Source: Deltaproteobacteria bacterium (GTDB lineage: Bacteria > Myxococcota_A > UBA9160 > SMWR01). Taken from it: 64,000 nucleotides of DNA. The stretch's first letter is position 1. Every line of letters starts with the position of its first letter. The notes beneath the pieces were generated by a model that was given only the letters and a program-made list of their open reading frames with translations, was not told where the DNA came from and searched no databases. The position numbers were made by a program, and so were the translations under genes. Positions 30,523 to 39,653 of the stretch are shown one piece after another. Location: positions 218,886-282,885 of the forward strand of contig JAQBHB010000047.1 in the NCBI GenBank assembly GCA_032128115.1, read 5' to 3'.

Positions 30523-31005
30523 ATGGAAGACCTGGAGAGAGCCGTGAGTGATTCCGGCGACCTGGACGCTGAGGCCGAGTCGGATCGCCGCGCCGTCGCC
30601 GAGCGGCGCGATGCACCCACCCGGCTCTGGGACTCGGTATCGGGGCGCTCGCGGCGACATCGCGGGCGGCGGATGTACGAGGCCGCCAACACCTACGTGG
30701 ATGCCTACCCGCGCCGCGATCTATTGCTGCTGATTGCGCTGTTCAGCCTCAACATCCTGGACGCCCTGTTCACCCTGATCTGGCTGGCCAAGGGCGGGGC
30801 CGAACGCAATCCCCTCATGCAGCACCTGATCGAGTCCGGCGACCAGGTCTTCGTCAACGTGAAGCTCTTCATCTCCGGCATCGCCTTCCTGGTGCTGATG
30901 GCCCACAAGAACTTCCAGATCGCGCGCGCAGGACTGCGGTTCCTGTTCGCCGTTTACGCGGCACTGTTCCTCTATCACGTCTATCTGCAGCTGGGCAATT
31001 TCTAG
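30523..31005 (+). CDS. DUF5658-like membrane protein
   Basis: DRR..ERR N terminus, LNILDALFTL, ERNPLM, three TM helices. Confidence 0.75.
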   Translation: MEDLERAVSDSGDLDAEAESDRRAVAERRDAPTRLWDSVSGRSRRHRGRRMYEAANTYVDAYPRRDLLLLIALFSLNILDALFTLIWLAKGGAERNPLMQHLIESGDQVFVNVKLFISGIAFLVLMAHKNFQIARAGLRFLFAVYAALFLYHVYLQLGNF

Positions 31006-32442
31006 ACGGCCCGGGGCCGCTTCGGCCGCACTCTCGACTCCGTGGTTCCAGAGGCGGACGGCATCGTCGCGGAAGTGCGGGATGCAGACGCCCGCGTAGA
31101 AGAGAAGCACGGCGAGGGCTGCGTAGAGAACCGGTCCCCGCAAGTGCGCGCGAACCTCGCGCGAATGGAGCACCGCGTAGCTCGCGTACACGATCAAGAG
31201 TGGCAGCCACGGCATGCGGAACCGTGCCGTGGCATTGGCGAGCACGTGCACCGCGCCGACGCTGGCGAGAACCAGGCAGGGGAGCAGTCGACGACCGCGG
31301 CCGGGCGCCCCGGCGATTCCCGCAACCGCGCCCACCAGCACCGCGGTGTATGACAGCACGGTCACCACCAGGGCGATCCGCACCGCGCCCGGCGACGGAT
31401 CGTGATACCCGTCGCGTTCGATCTTGTAGAAGAGAAGGGAATCGGGGCGCAGCAGCAGGGCCAGATTGCGCACCAGCTTCTTGAAGATCCACGTGGGCTG
31501 CGCGCTGCGCACCTTTTCCAGGGTCTGCTCGCGGGCGAAGTCCATGCGTTCGAGTTCGCCGCGCAGGCTCAGGTAGCGGGCTTTGAAGCGCCCGCGCTCC
31601 ACGCGGGAGTGGAGCCAGTCGGGATCGTCCAGGGAGTTGCCCTCCGCCGCCGCGAACCATCCGATGGTGGCGACGGGTACGAAGCGACCCAGGGCGCGGT
31701 GGTTGCGCAGGGTCCAGGGCAGCACCACGGCGAACGCCACCGCCAGCAGCAGGGCGCCCCGCCCGAGGGCCGCACGCCGACCCGCGGGCGGCGCCATCCA
31801 CAGCCCCCAGAAGGCGCAGACGGCGGCGACGGCGATCGCGACTTCGCGGGTGAGCGCCGCCACCCCGAAGACCGCCCCGGTAATCGCGGTCAGGAGCAGG
31901 CTCTGGCGTTTCTCGCCGTACACGACTCCGATCAGCGCCAATGTGATCGCGACGGCGAAGAAGTTCTCGGACCACAGATAGTGGCTGTGGGCGACGAGTG
32001 TCGGGTAGAGGGCCGCAACGGCTCCGGCAAGCCAACCCGTGCGGGCGCCAAAGAGTGCCGCGCCGAACCACGCGGTGAGTCCGACCAGCGCGGTGCCGAG
32101 CGCCACCTGCACCGCGAGCAGCGCGATGCGCGAGTCTTCCAGGTTGCGGGTCCAGCCGTGACGGCTCTGGTCGATCCAGTGGGACAGCAGCCACGGGTAA
32201 GCGGGCGGGCGCAGCGCCACCAGCTCTTCCGAACGGTGCAGGATGCGGCCGCCGGGCTTTACCACGACGGATTCCCGGTACCCGTGCCCCAGGCCCACGG
32301 CCAGATCCACTGCGACCCGGGCGTAGTAGAACTCGTCGCCGAGCAGCGGCGTGGGGGGCAGGGCAGGCTGCAGGGCGGCGACCCGCACCGCTGCGGCCAC
32401 CGCCAGCAGACCCGGGACCGCGAGTGCTCTTCGCCAGGACAT
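30721..32442 (-). CDS. GT-C/ArnT-like (family 39) glycosyltransferase
   Basis: GDEFYY, RPPAYP, YLWSEN, PWTLRN, RFRMP; last about 95 codons run antisense over the DUF5658 gene. Confidence 0.8.
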   Translation of the reverse strand: MSWRRALAVPGLLAVAAAVRVAALQPALPPTPLLGDEFYYARVAVDLAVGLGHGYRESVVVKPGGRILHRSEELVALRPPAYPWLLSHWIDQSRHGWTRNLEDSRIALLAVQVALGTALVGLTAWFGAALFGARTGWLAGAVAALYPTLVAHSHYLWSENFFAVAITLALIGVVYGEKRQSLLLTAITGAVFGVAALTREVAIAVAAVCAFWGLWMAPPAGRRAALGRGALLLAVAFAVVLPWTLRNHRALGRFVPVATIGWFAAAEGNSLDDPDWLHSRVERGRFKARYLSLRGELERMDFAREQTLEKVRSAQPTWIFKKLVRNLALLLRPDSLLFYKIERDGYHDPSPGAVRIALVVTVLSYTAVLVGAVAGIAGAPGRGRRLLPCLVLASVGAVHVLANATARFRMPWLPLLIVYASYAVLHSREVRAHLRGPVLYAALAVLLFYAGVCIPHFRDDAVRLWNHGVESAAEAAPGRLEIAQLQIDVIEEQCRVNGEQEPQSCARDLEVLVGHQHQEGDAGDEELHVDEDLVAGLDQVLHEGIAFGPALGQPDQGEQGVQDVEAEQRNQQQ

Positions 32443-32462
32443 AAAGCGATCGGAGCGGCTCT

Positions 32463-32882
32463 CTACCACTCTCCCACGTTCTGCATGGACGCCCACGGCT
32501 CCTCGGGTGCCAGGGCCGCGCCCATCTGGAGGAGTTCGATGGAGACGCCGTCCGGCGAGCGCACGAAGGCCATGTGCCCGTCGCGGGGCGGTCGATTGAT
32601 CGTGACCCCGCCGTCCTGGAGGCGCTGGCAGAGGGCGTAGATGTCCTTCACGCCGTAGGCCAGATGGCCGAAGTTGCGCCCGCCAGGCAGCTCCTCCGGA
32701 TCCCAGTTCCAGGTGAGCTCGACCTGAGGGTCCGGATTGTCCGGCGCGCCCAGGAACACCAGCGTGAAGCGACCCGCTTCCACGTCGATCCGCCGCTGCT
32801 CGATCAGGCCCAGCTTGTTGCAGTAGAAGTCGAGCGACTCTTCCAGGTTCGAGACACGCACCATGGTGTGCAGATATCGCAT
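32463..32882 (-). CDS. gloA: Lactoylglutathione lyase (glyoxalase I)
   Basis: YLHTMVRV, ELTWNWD, FGHLAY, RSPDGVSIELL; GAGGA RBS. Confidence 0.9.
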   Translation of the reverse strand: MRYLHTMVRVSNLEESLDFYCNKLGLIEQRRIDVEAGRFTLVFLGAPDNPDPQVELTWNWDPEELPGGRNFGHLAYGVKDIYALCQRLQDGGVTINRPPRDGHMAFVRSPDGVSIELLQMGAALAPEEPWASMQNVGEW

Positions 32883-33076
32883 CTTGTCCTCCGTCTGACG
32901 GCGGCCCAGGGTAGCCGAGCGCTTTCGGCCCGGGTTCCGATAGGGGTTCAATTCTCCAGCATGTGGGACTAAAGCCACAAGCGGATCGATCCGATACGGT
33001 TTTCCGAGCGCACTGGGTTTCCGCTGAGGATCCCTGGCGCGCTCACGCAGGAGCTCACGGCGCACGCCGTCGGAGG

Positions 33077-33172
33077 TCCTCGACAATGGCAAAGCCGTCG
33101 GAAGGCGGTGACGCAAAGCCAGTGCCCCAACCCACCTCTCGGGGTGGGCGGGTCGAACGGCCGCCGAAGGGA
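33077..33172 (+). ncRNA. Cyclic di-GMP-I (GEMM-I) riboswitch
   Basis: GACAAUGGCAAA-GCCGUC-GGAA-GGCGG-UGACGCAAAGCC...GCCGCCGAAG; GNRA-capped P2, P3 hairpin CCCACC/GGUGGG, P1 CCUCG/CGAAGG. Confidence 0.85.
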
Positions 33173-33282
33173 GTCCGATCGTGAGTGAAATGCGCTCGAG
33201 GAGCTTCAGCTCTACGACACCGAGATTCTCGGACTGGTGGCGCACCGCGTCTTGCGCGGTGAACTCCATGAAGAGGAATAAC

Positions 33283-33630
33283 ATGAAGGCAAACGAGAGA
33301 CTCGCACTCCTGGTGGGTGCACTGATCGTCGTGGGGTCGGCCGGGCCGATCCTCGCGGACTACGTGGTAGACAGCTACGAGCCCGTGCTGGTCTCGGACG
33401 ACATCTACAACACGAGCCGGGAGGTGGTCTCCCTGGCCGGTCCCGATGCCAACGCCGACGGCAACAGCAACAACGGCCACGGCAACAACGAAGACGGCGT
33501 GGACTCGAGCAACCCCGGTCAGGGTGGCGGCGGGCCCAACGGCGAAGTCGACGAGTCGTGCACCGGCGAAGGCGAGTGCGTGGACGACGAGTCGAGCCCG
33601 GGCAACAGCGGCAAGACCAAGACCAAGTAG
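33283..33630 (+). CDS. Small secreted Asn/Gly/Asp-rich protein with NNGHGNNxDGVDxSNPG motif
   Basis: AGAGGA RBS, signal peptide (cleavage near ILA-D), low-complexity acidic C terminus, followed by a terminator. Confidence 0.8.
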   Translation: MKANERLALLVGALIVVGSAGPILADYVVDSYEPVLVSDDIYNTSREVVSLAGPDANADGNSNNGHGNNEDGVDSSNPGQGGGGPNGEVDESCTGEGECVDDESSPGNSGKTKTK

Positions 33631-33653
33631 TCTCGGTCCTGACATAGGTGAAC

Positions 33654-33690
33654 GGGGCGCGGCGGGTGGAGTCCACCCCCGCGCCCTTTT
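33654..33690 (+). terminator. Intrinsic terminator
   Basis: GGGCGCGG.GGGTGG / CCACCC.CCGCGCCC hairpin followed by TTTT. Confidence 0.75.
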
Positions 33691-33749
33691 CCGTGGGGCC
33701 CGGGCCCGATCCGGGCTACAGCGGCGGCGTTCGCTTGCCGATCCATGAT

Positions 33750-33780
33750 TCCGAACGTATGTTTCGAACGATCGTTCGAA
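33750..33780. promoter_or_regulatory. TetR operator candidate: perfect 18-bp palindrome TTCGAACGATCGTTCGAA plus an overlapping imperfect copy
   Basis: Palindrome at 33763-33780, 13 bp before the TetR start. Confidence 0.75.
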
Positions 33781-33793
33781 CCCCCGCGGAACG

Positions 33794-34549
33794 ATGGAAC
33801 GCCCCGAATCCTCCACTCTCCACGCCGTCTCCGACGTTCCTGACGTCCCTGACGTTCCTGAGGTCCCTGAAAGCGGGGAGAGCGCCACCAAGCGTCGCCT
33901 GCTCGACGCGGCGGAGCGCCTGTTTGCCGAGCGCGGTTTCGCAGGCACCTCGCTTCGCGCAGTGACCGAGGCCGCGGGCACCAGCGTCTCGGCGGCCAAC
34001 TACCACTTCGGCACCAAGCAGGCCCTGCTCCGAGCCGCCCTGTTGCGCCGGGTGGCGCCGGTGAACCGGGCCCGCCTGGCGGCGCTCGACGCGTTGGAGG
34101 CGGAGGCCGGAGACGAACCGCCCGCTGTGGAGTTGCTGCTCGAGGCCTTTCTGCGGCCGGCGCTGGAGATGCGCAGCGACTCACCCGAGCGGGTCGCCCG
34201 GATCCGACAGGTGGCGGCGCGTCTCCACACGGATCCGCCGGATCACATGGCGGGTCTGGCCCGGGATCTGTTCCGACCGGTACACGAGCGCTTCGTCGAT
34301 GCGCTCGCGCGCGCGCTGCCCGAGCGATCGCGCCAGGACGTGGAGGTCGCCTACCACTTCACGGTGGGTGTGCTGGTGCACCTGATCAGCGGTCACCTGG
34401 ACTCGTGCCAGGAGCGCGATCCGGATCCTCGAGCGGATTCCGAGGTCATGCTTCGGCGCCTGATCCGCTACGCCGCGGCCGGCCTTCGCGCCGCAGGCGA
34501 ATTGCAACCGGGGATCGGGCGTGCGCGCCTGCAGGGAGTGACGTCATGA
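33794..34549 (+). CDS. TetR/AcrR family regulator (PsrA-like)
   Basis: LLDAAERLFAERGF..TSLRAVT..AG.....NYHFGTK helix-turn-helix. Confidence 0.93.
   Translation: MERPESSTLHAVSDVPDVPDVPEVPESGESATKRRLLDAAERLFAERGFAGTSLRAVTEAAGTSVSAANYHFGTKQALLRAALLRRVAPVNRARLAALDALEAEAGDEPPAVELLLEAFLRPALEMRSDSPERVARIRQVAARLHTDPPDHMAGLARDLFRPVHERFVDALARALPERSRQDVEVAYHFTVGVLVHLISGHLDSCQERDPDPRADSEVMLRRLIRYAAAGLRAAGELQPGIGRARLQGVTS
33830..33871. repeat. 9-bp tandem repeat (about 4.5 copies), VPD/VPE
   Basis: CCTGACGTY-like units in the TetR N terminus. Confidence 0.85.
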
Positions 34550-34582
34550 AGCGACCTCCCAACGTCATGAAGCTACCTCCCA
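34541..34582. repeat. Tandem repeat 21 bp x2 duplicating the start codon
   Basis: ACGTCATGAAGC(G/T)ACCTCCCA x2. Confidence 0.9.
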
Positions 34583-35799
34583 AGCAGGTCTGGCTGCCCC
34601 TGGCGATCCTGGCCGGGGGACTGTTCGTCGCGGTGGGGCTGCTTCTCAACCGGCCCGGGACCCAGGCGCGTCCCAATGAGGGGGTAGCGCCCCTGGTGCG
34701 CGCCGTGCGGGTCGAGCCCCAGGAAGTCCGGTACAAAGTGCGCGCCAACGGCACCGTGATGCCGCGAACCCAGAGCGATCTGGTTCCCCAGGTGTCCGGA
34801 GAGGTGACGTGGGTCTCGCCCGCGCTCGCATCGGGCGGCTTCTTTGCCGCCGCCGAACCGCTGCTGCGGATCGATCCGCGCGATTACGAGGCGGCGCTCG
34901 AGAGCGCGCGGGCGTCCCTGGCCCGTGCCGAGAGTGAGCACTCCCGCGCCCGCACCGAGCGCGGACGCCAGCGCGAACTGGCCCAGCGCGGCGTGGCCAG
35001 CCAGTCCCGCATCGATGACGCGGAGAACGCCTTCCGCGTGGTCGATGCCCAGATTCGCGAGGCGCGTGCGGTCTTGGAGCGAGCCGAACGCGACCTCGAA
35101 CGCACGCAGCTCACGGCGCCCTACGAGGGTCGCGTGCGCGAAGAAAACGTGGACGTGGGGCAGTTCGTGAACCGTGGCACTGCGGTGGCGCGTCTTTACG
35201 CGGTGGATGCGGCGGAGGTGCGCCTGCCCGTACCCGATCGTGAACTCTCGTATCTGGATTTGAGTCTGTCATCGCGCTTCGCCCGAAACGCCGAGCCCGC
35301 GGGTTCCGACCCGATCGAGGAGCCCTCCGTCGGCGCGGAGTCCGGACCCGAGGTCAGGCTCCACGCCGAGTTCGCCGGCCGCGATCGCATCTGGCACGGG
35401 CAGATCGTCCGCACCGAAGGCGAGATCGATCCGCGCAGCCGCATGATCAACGTGGTGGCCCGGGTCGAGGATCCCTACGGCTCGGAGCCGCCCCTCGCCG
35501 TGGGCCTGTTCGTGTCGGCCGAGATCCTGGGGCGCCGCGAGCCAGAGGCCTACGTGCTGCCGCGTGTCGCGATTCGCGAGGAGGAGGGCGGCTCCCAGGT
35601 GTTGCTGATCGACGCCGACGAGCGCATCCGATTCCGGTCGGTCGAGGTGCTGCGCAGCGAATCCGACCGGGTGGTGATCGGGGCGGGACTCTCCCCCGGT
35701 GAGCGGATCTGCGTGTCTCCTCTGGGCGCCGTGGTAGAAGGGATGCGCGTTCGCGTGCTCGACGAGGATGAGTCCGACTCGGCGCGAGACGGCACGTGA
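34546..35799 (+). CDS. RND efflux periplasmic adaptor (membrane fusion protein)
   Basis: N-terminal TM, PQVSGEV, coiled coil, APYEGRV; ATGA overlap with TetR. Confidence 0.92.
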   Translation: MKRPPNVMKLPPKQVWLPLAILAGGLFVAVGLLLNRPGTQARPNEGVAPLVRAVRVEPQEVRYKVRANGTVMPRTQSDLVPQVSGEVTWVSPALASGGFFAAAEPLLRIDPRDYEAALESARASLARAESEHSRARTERGRQRELAQRGVASQSRIDDAENAFRVVDAQIREARAVLERAERDLERTQLTAPYEGRVREENVDVGQFVNRGTAVARLYAVDAAEVRLPVPDRELSYLDLSLSSRFARNAEPAGSDPIEEPSVGAESGPEVRLHAEFAGRDRIWHGQIVRTEGEIDPRSRMINVVARVEDPYGSEPPLAVGLFVSAEILGRREPEAYVLPRVAIREEEGGSQVLLIDADERIRFRSVEVLRSESDRVVIGAGLSPGERICVSPLGAVVEGMRVRVLDEDESDSARDGT

Positions 35800-38700
35800 A
35801 TCGCGCAATCGCCTGGTTCGCCCAGAACCACGTGGCCGCCAACCTCCTGATGTGGCTTATGGTGGTGGGGGGGATCGCAGCACTTCCGGCGATCCAACAG
35901 AAGCCCTTTCCCGACATCGAGATCGAGGTGGTCCAGGTGGGAGTCGCCTACCTGGGCGCTGCTCCCGAGGAGGTGGAGCAGGGTGTCTGCGTCCGGATCG
36001 AAGAAGAGATCCAGGCCATCGAAGGGATCGAGCGCATCACGTCCACCGCCAACGAGGGCGCGTGTGGCGTGTCGGCAGAGCTGGTGACCGGCTACCCGGT
36101 GGACCGCGCCCTCGCCGAAATCAAGAACGCCGTCGACTCGATCTCCAGCTTTCCCGTGGAGACCGAGAAGCCGGTGGTGAGCCACTTTTCGATCCGACGC
36201 AATGCCCTCCAGCTGGCGCTCTCGGGCGACGCATCCGAGGCGGCTCTCAAGATCCTGGGCGAGCGGGTCCGCGACGAGATCGCGGCCCTGCCGGAGGTGA
36301 CCCAGGTCGAGCTGTCGTCGGCGCGCAGTTACGAGATCTCCATCGAGGTGCCCGAGGAATCACTGCAGCGCCACGGGCTCACATTCGACCAGGTGGTGGC
36401 TGCCGTGCAACACGGATCGCTGGACCGGCCGGGAGGATCGATCAAGGCGGCCGGCGGCGAGGTGCTGCTGCGGACGGTGGGCCAGGCCTACACGCGCCGC
36501 GACTTCGAGGAGATCGTGGTGCTCACCCACGCGGATGGTACGCGGCTGTTGGTGCGCGACGTGGCCCGGGTGGTGGACGGTTTCGAGGAAGACGATCGCT
36601 ATGCGCGTTTCGACGCCGAGCCGGCGGTGCTGGTGAAGGTGTACCGGGTGGGCGACCAGCGGTTGCTCGACCTGGTGGATCGCGTGAAGGCCCACGTGAC
36701 CGGGGCCGGTGCACTCCTGCCGGAGGGGATTCATCTCACGGTCTGGCGCGATGGCTCCCGGAGTCTTCGCGATCGCCTGGACATCCTGGTCCGCAACGGG
36801 CGCGGCGGCTTCATCCTGGTCTTCGCGGTGCTGGCGCTCTTCCTGCGCCTGCGCCTGGCCTTCTGGGTCAGCATCGGCGTTCCCATCTCGTTCATGGGGG
36901 CGCTCGCCGCCTTCCCGATGGCGGAGATCTCGATCGACGTCATCTCGCTGTTTGCGTTCATCCTCGTGATCGGACTGCTTGTGGACGACGCCATCGTGGT
37001 GGGCGAGAACGTGCACCGACACCAGGAGGAGGGCGACGAAGCCCTGGACTCGGCCATCCGGGGCGCCCAGGAGGTGGCGGTTCCGGTGATCTTTGGCGTG
37101 CTGACCACGGTGGCCGCCTTCCTGCCCCTGATCGTGGCTCCCGGGCCCATGGGGCAGATCTTCAGCGCCATCGGGGTGGTGGTGGTGGTGTGTCTGATGG
37201 TCTCCCTGGTGGAGAGCCAATTGGTGCTTCCCGCCCACCTGGGCCACATGCGCCTGAGCGGCCGCGAGCCGGCGCGAGGCTCTCTCGCGCAGTGCTGGAA
37301 CCGTGTTCGGGATCGGCTGTCGGCGGGCTTGATGCGGGTGGCGCGCGAGGTCTACCGGCCCCGGCTCGAGCAGGTGATCGAGTGGCGCTACGCGACGCTG
37401 GCGGCAGGAGTGGCGGCGCTCCTGATCGCCATCGCTGCGGTTTGGTCGGGACACATGAAGTTCAGCTTCTTCCCCGCAGTCCCTGGCGACTTCGTCACCG
37501 CGAAGCTGAGCATGCCCCAGGGTACGCCCGTGGGAGCCACCGCCGACGCGGTGCTCGAGATCGAAGCGGCTGCCGGACGGGTCAAGGCTGCGCTCGACGA
37601 GGAGTACCCGGATCTCACGGTCGCCCGGCACATCATGTCGTCGGTGGGGGAGCAGCCCTCCGGGTCCGGGCGTCGCGCGGGAGTGAATCTGGGAGGGAGT
37701 CATCTGGGGGAGGTCACGATCGAGCTGATCGGCGGGGATGAACGGCCCCTCTCGGCCAAGGATGTGGCGGATCGCTGGCGCGCGGAGACCCCGCCCATCG
37801 TGGGTGCCGAGGAGCTGGCCTTCGATTCGGCGCTCTTCTCGGCGGGGAACGCCATCGATATCGAGCTGCAGGCGAGCGACGTGGAGATGCTACGTCGGGC
37901 CGCCAACGAGTTGAAGGCACGCGTGGCCGGGTATCCCGGCGTGTTCGACGTGTCCGACTCCTTCCGCAACGGCAAGGAGGAGCTCCGGCTCACGATCCTG
38001 GAGTCGGCCCAGCCCCTGGGCCTGAGTCTCGACGACCTGGCTCGCCAGGTGCGCCAGGCCTTCTACGGCGAGGAGGCCCAGCGCATCCAGCGCGGCCGCG
38101 ACGACGTGCGCGTGATGATCCGCTACCCGGAGGCGGAGCGGCGTTCCCTGGCCGATCTGGACAATCTGCGCATCCGCACACCCGAAGGGGGCGAGGTGCC
38201 CTTCTACACGGTGGCCCGCGCCGAGCGCGGGCGCGGATACGCGAGCATCAAGCGCCGCGATCGAATGCGGGTGATCAACGTGACCGGCGACGTGAACACC
38301 AACCAGGCCAATGCCAACGAGATCCTGGCAGACCTGGGCAAGACCTTCCTGCCGGCCCTGCTCGCGCGCTACCCGGGCCTCAGCTACGGGCTCGAGGGAG
38401 AGCAGCGGGAGCAGCGCAAGACCCTCACTGCACTCGTCACGAACTACCTCTTCGCACTGATCCTGATCTACGTGTTGCTGGCGGTGCCGCTGCGCTCCTA
38501 CCTGCAGCCTCTCATCATCATGGCCGTGATCCCGTTCGGGCTCGTGGGTGCCGTTGCCGGTCACGCCCTCCTGGGCATGAGTCTCAGCATGATGTCGGTC
38601 TTCGGCGTCGTGGCACTCTCGGGCGTGGTGGTGAACGCGAGCCTGGTGCTGGTGCACCATGTGAACCAACGCCGCAATGACGGGCTGGCGCTGGAGGAGG

Positions 38701-39008
38701 CGGTGCGCGAAGCCGGCGTGGCGCGCTTCCGGCCGGTGGTGCTCACGTCGCTCACCACGTTCGCGGGGCTCGCCCCGCTGTTGATGGAGGGAAGTCTGTC
38801 GGCGCAGTTCCTGAAGCCCATGGCCACGTCGCTGGGATTCGGGGTTCTCTTCGCCGCGGTGATCTCCCTGTTCCTGGTGCCGAGCGCCTACCTCATCCTG
38901 GAAGACCTGAAGCGCGCGATCCGTCGTGGGCCCGACGTTCCGGAATCCCAGGACCGGGTTCCGAGGCTCCGCACGCTACGGGCTAGCGCGCCCGCCGACA
39001 GCAGGTGA
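35796..39008 (+). CDS. RND efflux transporter permease (AcrB/AcrD/AcrF family)
   Basis: 1070 aa, GLLVDDAIVVGEN, RFRPVVLTSLTT. Confidence 0.95.
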   Translation: MNRAIAWFAQNHVAANLLMWLMVVGGIAALPAIQQKPFPDIEIEVVQVGVAYLGAAPEEVEQGVCVRIEEEIQAIEGIERITSTANEGACGVSAELVTGYPVDRALAEIKNAVDSISSFPVETEKPVVSHFSIRRNALQLALSGDASEAALKILGERVRDEIAALPEVTQVELSSARSYEISIEVPEESLQRHGLTFDQVVAAVQHGSLDRPGGSIKAAGGEVLLRTVGQAYTRRDFEEIVVLTHADGTRLLVRDVARVVDGFEEDDRYARFDAEPAVLVKVYRVGDQRLLDLVDRVKAHVTGAGALLPEGIHLTVWRDGSRSLRDRLDILVRNGRGGFILVFAVLALFLRLRLAFWVSIGVPISFMGALAAFPMAEISIDVISLFAFILVIGLLVDDAIVVGENVHRHQEEGDEALDSAIRGAQEVAVPVIFGVLTTVAAFLPLIVAPGPMGQIFSAIGVVVVVCLMVSLVESQLVLPAHLGHMRLSGREPARGSLAQCWNRVRDRLSAGLMRVAREVYRPRLEQVIEWRYATLAAGVAALLIAIAAVWSGHMKFSFFPAVPGDFVTAKLSMPQGTPVGATADAVLEIEAAAGRVKAALDEEYPDLTVARHIMSSVGEQPSGSGRRAGVNLGGSHLGEVTIELIGGDERPLSAKDVADRWRAETPPIVGAEELAFDSALFSAGNAIDIELQASDVEMLRRAANELKARVAGYPGVFDVSDSFRNGKEELRLTILESAQPLGLSLDDLARQVRQAFYGEEAQRIQRGRDDVRVMIRYPEAERRSLADLDNLRIRTPEGGEVPFYTVARAERGRGYASIKRRDRMRVINVTGDVNTNQANANEILADLGKTFLPALLARYPGLSYGLEGEQREQRKTLTALVTNYLFALILIYVLLAVPLRSYLQPLIIMAVIPFGLVGAVAGHALLGMSLSMMSVFGVVALSGVVVNASLVLVHHVNQRRNDGLALEEAVREAGVARFRPVVLTSLTTFAGLAPLLMEGSLSAQFLKPMATSLGFGVLFAAVISLFLVPSAYLILEDLKRAIRRGPDVPESQDRVPRLRTLRASAPADSR

Positions 39009-39111
39009 AAGATGGCCGCGATGTCAGTATCCCCGCCGGGACCGCGGCCGACACCCCGGCCCACACCCATGCCGGCTCCCAGCAGGCGCCGCTGAGCCGA
39101 CCTCTCCCCCC

Positions 39112-39315
39112 TTAAAGCCGTTGCGTCGGGAATCGCAGGTGGTCCCGTTCCAGGGCACTGAGGATTCCGTTGACGACGATCCGACTGCGCAGATCCAGGT
39201 CGCGCCAGCTGCCCTGGTGGGCCAGATAACTGCGGGTGATCCGGAACATCAGGTCGACGGCATCCTTCTGCTGATCAGGGTCTTCTCGATGCAGGTCAGG
39301 TTCGCGTTCGCTCAT
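39112..39315 (-). CDS. Small hypothetical protein (67 aa)
   Basis: GGAGG RBS and an upstream sigma54-like promoter; no recognised family. Confidence 0.55.
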   Translation of the reverse strand: MSEREPDLHREDPDQQKDAVDLMFRITRSYLAHQGSWRDLDLRSRIVVNGILSALERDHLRFPTQRL

Positions 39316-39371
39316 GGTTTGCGTCGCCTCCGTAGTCTGGGAGAAGCGTTCTCGCAAGCTGCGGGAAAACG

Positions 39372-39388
39372 TGCAAATTGCGCGCCGA
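39372..39388 (-). promoter_or_regulatory. Sigma54 (-24/-12) promoter candidate TCGGCGCGCAATTTGCA
   Basis: GG-N10-GC spacing with TTGCA at -12. Confidence 0.6.
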
Positions 39389-39653
39389 GCACGCGGAATC
39401 AGGAAGATGCGAATGAGTCCGGCCGGTTGGCGTGTTGGTGGGGAGCCGGGCGACTTCCGCACTGGGGCGCCGGTCCCAACGAATTGCCTCGGAAACGGAA
39501 GAGAACTTCCGATCGACCACAGGTTGTCGAAACTGCAGACGACGGAAATCTTTTTCCCATTCGCGACATTCGCGCCAATCGGGTCGCGACTGTGTCAGGT
39601 ATGGCACAGACCGGTGGATCCGGGAGGCGTCGCCAAGCGGTATTTCCGCCGTT

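Noticed and set aside
32982..32993. 12-bp palindrome CGGATCGATCCG
   Set aside because: Short and built from GATC/TCGA words that are frequent in this sequence; likely chance
33035..33049. TGGCGC...GCA as a sigma54 promoter upstream of the riboswitch
   Set aside because: Spacing is GG-N9-GC rather than the required N10
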